From Octopus sinensis (lineage: Eukaryota), in the NCBI RefSeq assembly GCF_006345805.1, contig NC_043008.1:44826001-44890000 (forward strand): 64,000 nt of DNA. The letters are read 5' to 3'. The number at the start of each line of letters is the position of its first letter. Within the stretch, counting starts at the first letter, position 1. Shown piece after piece: positions 55,836 to 64,000 of this stretch. The notes beneath the pieces were generated by a model. It made no database searches. It saw nothing but the letters and a program-made list of their open reading frames with translations, and had not been told where the DNA came from. Position numbers and translations under genes: made by a program.

Positions 55836-56305
55836 ACCAGCGGTTCAGTACGTGCTACAGAATCTTTGTTATAGGAATGTAAACTTTACCGATATCTGTC
55901 AACTTCGCAGATTGGCGACCTCAAGATTTTTTATGGCGTATGACGTAATATAAGTGCAAACAATAAAAGGTCTTGCTATTGAAACATATGTAGCGTTGAA
56001 CTCGCAATGCCATTAATTTTAACGAGTTTTTTTACCGTAAACTATATGTAGCTTCTAGATTTGGAAATGAGTAGAGTACCTCTTACTTGTTTAAAATTGT
56101 TCCAAATATCTAAGAGAATACTGGAATGCTATTAATAGATTGATTTACTAATTACTTAATTAATGTTCTTTCTGAATATTCTATAGGTGATCACTGATGG
56201 ATGCTACTAAACTAATGACCACAATCGATGTGATTCCAAATAATTTATACGTCTGTGCATATGTATATTTCTGTATACATTCATGTATATATATATATAT
56301 ATATA

Positions 56306-56870
56306 CTAGACTAGACTACCCGTGATCCGTTGGGGCACTGGAGGAGTCTGGGTTTCCCAGCAACGGAGTTTTGTTTCGTGTTTTTTTTTGCCATGTTATT
56401 TTGCATGCTTTCGGCGAATGTCACATCGAAATCACGCGTAAACGGCTTCTTTCCCTAGAAAAAGAAATATTTGGCTATTATTTCTTGTCCGTCCTGCTAC
56501 CACGTAACAGTTATTTACGGGCAATTTATCGCAAATAGCTATTACGCGGTAGCAGGGTGTGCTAGAAATACCAGCCACATTTTTTAAGGTGAGATACGTT
56601 GAATACACCCGAAAGAATCTTATGAACTGGTCTGTTACGAAATATTTACTGTATTTTTAAAGACATTTCGGCTTTAAAATATTTTGCCTATCATAATGTG
56701 AGGAATGGAAAGACTAGATTTTCTCCCCTTTCAGGGTGAAGTTATTTTCGGAGTATTTTCCCGCTAAGCACCGTTTTGGGTATTTATACTACAAAACACC
56801 GACTATTTCAATAACTACTGATCCGATTCCGTTCGTATCCACATTTCAGGGCACTTTACTTTAAAAGTAT
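56306..56870 (-). mobile_element. Probable non-autonomous Helitron (second family) with internal hairpins
   Basis: Minus strand ends ...GGATCACGGGTAGTCTAGTCTAG|T against (TA)n; the 5' boundary is uncertain. Confidence 0.45.
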
Positions 56871-56967
56871 TTTCATAACATGCTCCAGTTTGGCTGTGTA
56901 ACATTGCAAGTAAGCAAGAAAACAAGATTGAACTGTTTTCAATGGTATATAGATATACTTATATGTG

Positions 56968-57027
<60 letters not shown>

Positions 57028-57330
57028 GTCCTCGTGTGTGCGTGCTCATATGTGTGCATGTGTTTACGTTTGTGTGTGTGTGTGTATAAGCAGGCGCTAA
57101 CATGAGTGTGTGCTGAGAATATTCAGTTAACTGTGTAGGACTTGTGAGGGAGTGGCTTCTGATTACGGTATATCCAGAGGCCCCATTGCATGTTTGTATA
57201 TATGTATATATATATATCTGCGTGCATGTGTGTGTTTATGTATTATATAATGTGTAGTTATACGATATATATATATTATATATATCTATATATATATATA
57301 TTTATGTATATATGTATGTATATATATATA

Positions 57331-58517
57331 TACACAATTGGGGCTCCGGGTATCCAACAAAATATATATATGTTATACCGAGAAGATAGATAGGCATATG
57401 TATAAACATGCATACAGTATTTTGTCTATATACACTCATACACTTGCGTATATTTTCTTCTATGTGTAAATATAATAGACTGTACGCATATAAATAACTG
57501 TAAATTAATGTGTGCTGTGCACGTATGTACCCGTGTGTGAATCTCTGTATACCAATGTATGATATTGACTTTTATATAATCTGTGTAATTCTATGTACGA
57601 TTCCATGCTTGTTCTTCATTTTTATTTTGCTTTGTTTAAGATAAATAAATTTTTGTATTAATGTATTTGGGGAGAAAACCAATGCGTCTGAAGCGTGTTG
57701 GCTTTCTAAGTGTGTGTGTTAGTATAATGTATGCATATTTTTTTTGTCTTTATATGTATTTACATCTGTTTACGTGTGTATTTAATTTAGGAAAACTTTT
57801 TTTTCTGCTGGAAAATATGAAGAAAAATATATAAAAACGATTACATTCAAAGAGGAAGATGAGAAGAAATGAAAACTTGAAAACAGACGATAGTTTCATA
57901 ATAAATTAAATTAGCTTCAAACACAGTTTGTGTGTTTATGGTGAACAGCGACTGTGAGTGCCAGAGCTGATATAGCTATGATCATCAATGTTTACATATA
58001 TATGTTTGTGAGTGTGGTGTGGTGAATGCATGTACGTCTAATGTATGTATTTTATGTATGTATGTATGTATGTATGTATGTATGTATGTTGTAATGTACG
58101 TACGTATGTATGTATGTAAGTATGTATGTAAGGATATGTGCATATATGTATAAGTATCTATGTAAGTATGTTTACATATATATGGTTGTGAGTGTGGTTT
58201 GGTGAGTGCATGTACGTCTATGTATGTATATATGTATGTATGTAACTATATATGTATAATCTATATATGTATATAATGTATAAGTATAGAAAATATGTAT
58301 GTTCATATATATTGGTTGTGTGTGTGGTGAGTGCATGTACGTCCTATGTATGTATATATGTATGTAAGTATATATGTATATATCTCTATATGTAATATAT
58401 GTATAAGTATAATAAGTATGTTATGTTTGCATATATATGGTTGTGAGTGTGTATGGTGAGTGCATGTACATCTATGTATATGTATGTAAGTATGTATATA
58501 TTCTTATATGTATGTAA

Positions 58518-58561
<44 letters not shown>

Positions 58562-59790
58562 ATATGTATGTATATATATTATATACACATTGGGGCTCCG
58601 GGTATCCAACAAAATATATATATGTATATACCGAGAAAGATAGATAGGCATATGTATAAACATGCATACAGTATTTTGTCTATATACACTCATACACTTG
58701 CGTATATTTCTGTCTATGTGTAAATATAATAGACTGTACGCATATAAATAACTGTAAATTAATGTGTGCTGTGCACGTATGTACCCGTGTGTGAATCTCT
58801 GTATACCAATGTATGATATTGACTTTTATATAATCTTTGTAATTCTATGTACGATTCCAATGCTTTTTCTTCATTTTTATTTTGCTTTGTTTAAGATAAA
58901 TAAATTTTTGTATTAATGTATTTGGGGAGAAAACCAAATGCGTCTGAGCGTGTTGGCTTTCTAAGTGTGTGTGTTAGTATATGTATGCATATTTTTTTTG
59001 TCTTTATATGTATTTACATCTGTTTACGTGTGTATTTAATTTAGGAAAACTTTTTTTTCTGCTGGAAAATATGAAAGAAAAATATATAAAAACGATTACA
59101 TTCAAAGAGGAAGATGAGAAGAAATGAAAACTTGAAAACAGACGATAGTTTCATAATAAATTAAATTAGCTTCAAACACAGTTTGTGTGTTTATGGTGAA
59201 CAGCGACTGTGAGTGCCAGAGCTGATATAGCTATGATCATCAATGTTTACATATATATGTTTGTGAGTGTGTGTGGTGAATGCATGTACGTCTATGTATG
59301 TATGTATGTATGTATGTATGTATGTATGTATGTATGTATGTATGTATGTACGTAGTATGTATGTACGTATGTATGTATGTAAGTATGTATGTAAGTATAT
59401 GTGCATATATGTATAAGTATATATGTAAGTATGTTTACATATATATGGTTGTGAGTGTGTGTGGTGAGTGCATGTACGTCTATGTATGTATATATGTATG
59501 TATGTAACTATATATGTATATATCTATATATGTATATATGTATAAGTATATAAATATGTATGTTCATATATATATGGTTGTGTGTGTGGTGAGTGCATGT
59601 ACGTCTATGTATGTATATATGTATGTAAGTATATATGTATATATCTATATATGTATATATGTATAAGTATATAAGTATGTATGTTTGCATATATATGGTT
59701 GTGAGTGTGTATGGTGAGTGCATGTACATCTATGTATGTATGTATGTAAGTATGTATATATGCTTATATGTATGTAAGTATATATATGTA
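57331..59790 (+). repeat. ~1.25-kb tandem duplication (57331-58583, 58584-~59790)
   Basis: Both copies start TACAC(A)ATTGGGGCTCCGGGTATCCAAC and are collinear, differing mostly by single-base indels. Confidence 0.92.
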
Positions 59791-60075
59791 TATATGTATA
59801 TATGTATAAGTATATATGTATGTTTACATATATATGTTTCTGGGTGTGTGTGGTGAGTGCAAGCACATCTATGTATGTATGTATGTATGTAGGTAGGTAG
59901 GTTGGTAGGTATGTATGTAAGTATATATGTACATATGTATATATGTATATAAGTATATATGTATAAATGTATATATTTATACGTATATATGTATGTAAAC
60001 ATATATATGTTTGTGAGTCTGTGTGGTGAGTGCATGTACGTCTATGTATGTATATATGTATGTATGTAAGTATGT
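59250..60075 (+). repeat. Minisatellite of ~120-190 bp built from microsatellites, anchor GTGTGGTGAGTGCATGTACGTCTATG
   Basis: About six units here and four in 57990-58500. Confidence 0.85.
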
Positions 60076-60329
60076 GTGAATGTATGAATGCGTTCATTTG
60101 TATGTCTGTGTGTCTGAATATATGAGAGTGTGTGGCTGTGTAGATTGTGAATTACAGTAGATACTGCATGCAATCATTTTTGAGTATAGAATCTCTATAC
60201 TCCAGTTTATAAAGTAAGAGAGAAGCATTTAAGAATGTATCTGGTAATTATATAAAGCAACACTGATCTAGCAAATACCTTTGGTATTTCAATAAAAAAA
60301 AATTGTTCCCATATTCGTGGTTTTCTATC

Positions 60330-60720
60330 AGTTCTCATAAGTTTAGTGGCAGTTTCATTGTACGACCAGGAACATTTACATGCCTGCACTAAATGTTCCT
60401 TATTGACTTCGGGCATCACATTGACAATAGCAGCCTTCAGTGAATCTATGATATACCGAAAATACCAATAAATGCTCCTTTCGTCAACGAACCAAACGTA
60501 ACAGTCCGTGGGATTTAAATCTCGCGAGTTTGGGAGGCCACATGTTTTGTGTTTCATAATCGTAATGATTGATTGACTCCCCATGTTTAGGTTACCAGGA
60601 TTTTGTGAGAAGGTACTGAGTTTGTGTCATTTTTTTTTTTTTGATTTTCTGAACATGTATAACCTTCCAGTGTGTATTCATCCATACATAGCATGAGAAT
60701 TCTCTCCAACGCCTCAGCTC
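60330..60720 (-). mobile_element. maT/Tc1-mariner transposase remnant
   Basis: PNSRDLNPTDCYVW...IDSLKAAIVNVM..VNKEHLVQACK, paralleling the ORF at 33392-33883. Confidence 0.72.
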
Positions 60721-62907
60721 TAACTTCCAAGGCAGCACGGTAATATGTGAGGTGGCATGAGACTACTTTTGTTGCTTACAAGTCTAGGACATCGCAAGTA
60801 GCTGGAAACCTAGTGGGTATTATTCTAGAAACATCACATCAGAAGAATCTCCATAGAGCCACCGGTCATTTCTTCGGTTACACTCTTGGCCTAAGTCGAA
60901 AATTTTCGTAGTTGGAAAGAAACAAACCCAGCCATGCTCGACAGTGCTTATAACCTTGCTAATTAATTCGTACAGCGTGCAGTGTATGAAATAAATCTTA
61001 TCTAAACAGAATTTTATAAAGTAAAATCTATACGAATTTAACCACTATGGAATACACTAATCTGCAAAGAAAGTGTAACATATGGAAGTATAAAAAATCC
61101 ATGCTTATTTTGTTATAAGTATTGAGAAAAGTGTCCGCAAACTGATCGGATCGAAACATATATATTCCAACCGAATATATCTAATACAGAATAGGAACAC
61201 ATGCCTTCCTAGAATATGAGACATTATGCAATTATTGTACTTCAATATATTATGTAATATTGAGCAACATAGAGCATTTGCTTAATGCCATATGATATCA
61301 AGAGCTTAAAATATTGCGTCCATAATATAATTATGTGTAACAGCAATATCAAGTGATATTATGTAATATAATATAATAGCATTTAAAGGTGTGTGATGGC
61401 AGTTATGAAATTAGCTTGCTGTAGAATTTTGTATTTATAGAAGTAAAGAAACATTTTAATTTTGCCGATCTTGCATGTTTCTGACTTCACTTGATAACAT
61501 GCAACGAAAGCAGTTATATAATGAACGCCTGGCATCTTGGTACTTATTGAGAAATTAAGATATAATTAGCTTGATTAGTTTAAGTAGTCTCACTTGTGCA
61601 CTTGTGGCTTTAAAGGTGTACTCCACTAGAACCTGATACACATTTCAGTACGTGCTTCGATGAAGGAGATGTAAATATTGAGACTGCGTCAATTTGATAA
61701 CCATACTTATAATTTTACAATGTGTGCGTGTGTGTGTGTGGTAAATATTTATAATTATTATGATCTTATAGCTTATAAGAGATCACCGTATATTGGCTAA
61801 AGAAAATAGTGTCATTTGGGACACATAAGCCTTCGACGGAAAATGATTGGGTAGCAGTATGTATGGGGATCGAACCCACAGCTACATATATGTATGTATG
61901 CATGTATGTATGTATGTATGTATATATGTATGTATGTATGCATGTATGTATGAAAGGATGCATATATGTATTTAGGTATGTATGTATGTACGATATTATT
62001 CAGTTTATTTCAAGATTTCTTGCCAATAGAGAAAGAACCAGTTTCTAACCTAGATCCAGGTCTTTTTTATTGGTATTTCAAGATCAACAACAGGGTCTTT
62101 TTGTATGTATGTATGTATGTATGTATGTATGTATGTATGTATGATGTATGTATGTATGTACGTATGTATGTATGTATGTATGTATGTATGTATGTATGTA
62201 TGTATGCGTGCATGTATGCCTGCATGTATGTATGTATGTATGTATGTATGTATGTATGCATGTTAGTCATTCATTGAATATTTACACTAATTACGTTAAT
62301 TCAGGTGAACACTTGTGTACCGAGCGTAATTTGCTACTGCAGCCCATCTACAATTCAGGTATCGATATCTCATCAAGCAATGAAATAGCTCTGTACGTGT
62401 TTCGGCACCTTCCATCGCGACCCCAAAGCTACCCGTAGACCACCCACCGGCATAAGCGACAAAGCCCCTGCGCAATAACCCGAGCTTTGTTGTGTCAGGT
62501 GTTGCGTCTGTGGGTGAAATCTTTTGATCCTTCTGAACGTTTGTGTTTTGTTGCATCATTCGTCGCCTCTCTTGACTCTGGTGTTGTGGTTTCCTTTCGC
62601 AGCAGCTTCCGACAAATTTCTGGCAGCCATTTTTTCCTTTCGTTCGCAATTTGTCGTAGACTCGTGAGCATCCAGTAAACCCCGCTTCCAACAAATTCTC
62701 AAAGCTTTCTTTACAGTGATTGGTTTCGTCTCCGATTTTCTCTGCAAAGTCAAGTTGGTGAATGCAGAGTTCGAACTTCAAAATCATACATTACAGATAT
62801 AAATAATCTTTTGATACGATTTAATTACAGTTAATGGGAATTAATCTTAGAGGATTCGATGGCAAAAACAATCAGAAGAAATGAATTTGTGTGGTAGGCC
62901 CAGTACT

Positions 62908-63064
62908 GTGGAGGCACAATGGCCCAGTGGTTAGAGCAGCGGACACGCGGACGGAGGATCGCGATTTCGATTCCCAGACATACATACATACATGCATACA
63001 TGCATACATACATACGTACGTACGTACATACATACATACATACATACATACATACATACATACA

Positions 63065-63097
<33 letters not shown>

Positions 63098-63384
63098 GTA
63101 GCTGTGGGTTCGATCCCCATACATACTGCTACCCAATCTTTTTCCGTCGAAGGCTTATGTGTGCTTATTGAGCGAAAACACTTAAAGCTCCACGAAGCTC
63201 CGGCAGGCGGGGGTGGCGACCCCTGTTGTACTCTTTCGCCCCAACTTTCTCTCACTCTTTCTCCCTGTTTCTTGGGTAACGCTGCAATGGACTGGCGTCC
63301 CGCCCAGCTCGGGGAACACATACACCACAGAAACTGGGAAACCGGGCCCATGAGCCTGGCTAGTCTTGAAAAGGGCGAAAAGAA
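62908..63384 (+). mobile_element. tRNA-headed SINE family D, full length with TSD, interrupted by a templated insert
   Basis: Head TGGCCCAGTGGTTAGAGC...TTTCGATTCCC; 12-bp TSD AGGCCCAGTACT at 62896-62907 and 63385-63396. Confidence 0.9.
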
Positions 63385-64000
63385 AGGCCCAGTACTATTA
63401 GAAAGGTTGATATCCATCACTTACAGATCAATCATATACAGTTAAACATTTGTATAAAACAATTGGCTATAACTGTGTATGTGTGCGTGTGTGTAGTTGT
63501 ATGTGCGTGCTTATATGGATATATATATGTGCGTGTTTGTGTGGTGTGTCAATGAAGTCACATGTTCTGGCGATTGGGTTCTGAACATATAAGCGTAAAT
63601 TTCCTTGTGTTTTTGCGCAACGCATACCATTTTGCATTGCTTAAACACCATCGTCTGAGAAATGAGGGTGAATCTACAGTTGAGGCAGATCATATCCTGG
63701 GTACTCCTCTCGATGCTTTTTTTTTTTACTTTTATATTCTGTTCTAAACTTAAAAGCAAAGATAACAATAGTAGAAGAGTTAATAAAATTCAATACATAT
63801 GACGTCCTTTCAATCCAGCAGATCAAGAGAATTTGGTTAAAATTTTCTCTTTCTCAAGTGGCATTTCTTAATTCCTTTGATATGTCTGATATTATCAACG
63901 GTTACACAGTATCTCACGTGAAATAAAGAGCAAAAAATCCTCAATGCAAAGACTTGATAGAGTAGGAATTACAGTATAACCTGATAGAATTGTGGTTGAT

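Noticed and set aside
57990-60075. Regularly spaced conserved motif resembling a CRISPR array
   Set aside because: The spacers are related TATG/TA repeats, the context is eukaryotic and there are no cas genes. It is a minisatellite.

Overview
AT-rich, gene-poor eukaryotic DNA packed with microsatellites: (TA)n, (CA)n, (TATG)n, (GATA)n, (TAA)n and (GAA)n. The repeat families resemble those of octopus (coleoid cephalopod) genomes; this is my recognition, not a database result. I can support no intact host protein-coding gene. Almost every ORF in the track is a translated microsatellite or a transposon remnant. The window holds several tRNA-headed SINE families (some with clear target-site duplications and swapped modules), remnants of R4/Dong-type, RTE-type and CR1/L2-type LINEs, Tc1/mariner and maT remnants, a piggyBac-type MITE, non-autonomous Helitrons, and local inverted and tandem duplications. 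Two microsatellite-associated systems stand out. (1) Short elements in (TA)n carry type I hammerhead ribozyme motifs with palindromic stem III, as in Penelope-like elements and retrozymes. The clearest is at 4388-4463 (-), others are at 41316-41381 (-) and in an array at 40177-40789. (2) A roughly 555-bp non-coding element with TG...CA ends always sits in (TAA)n in one orientation, next to Dong-type LINE remnants. All coordinates, alignments and folds were read by eye and need computational confirmation.
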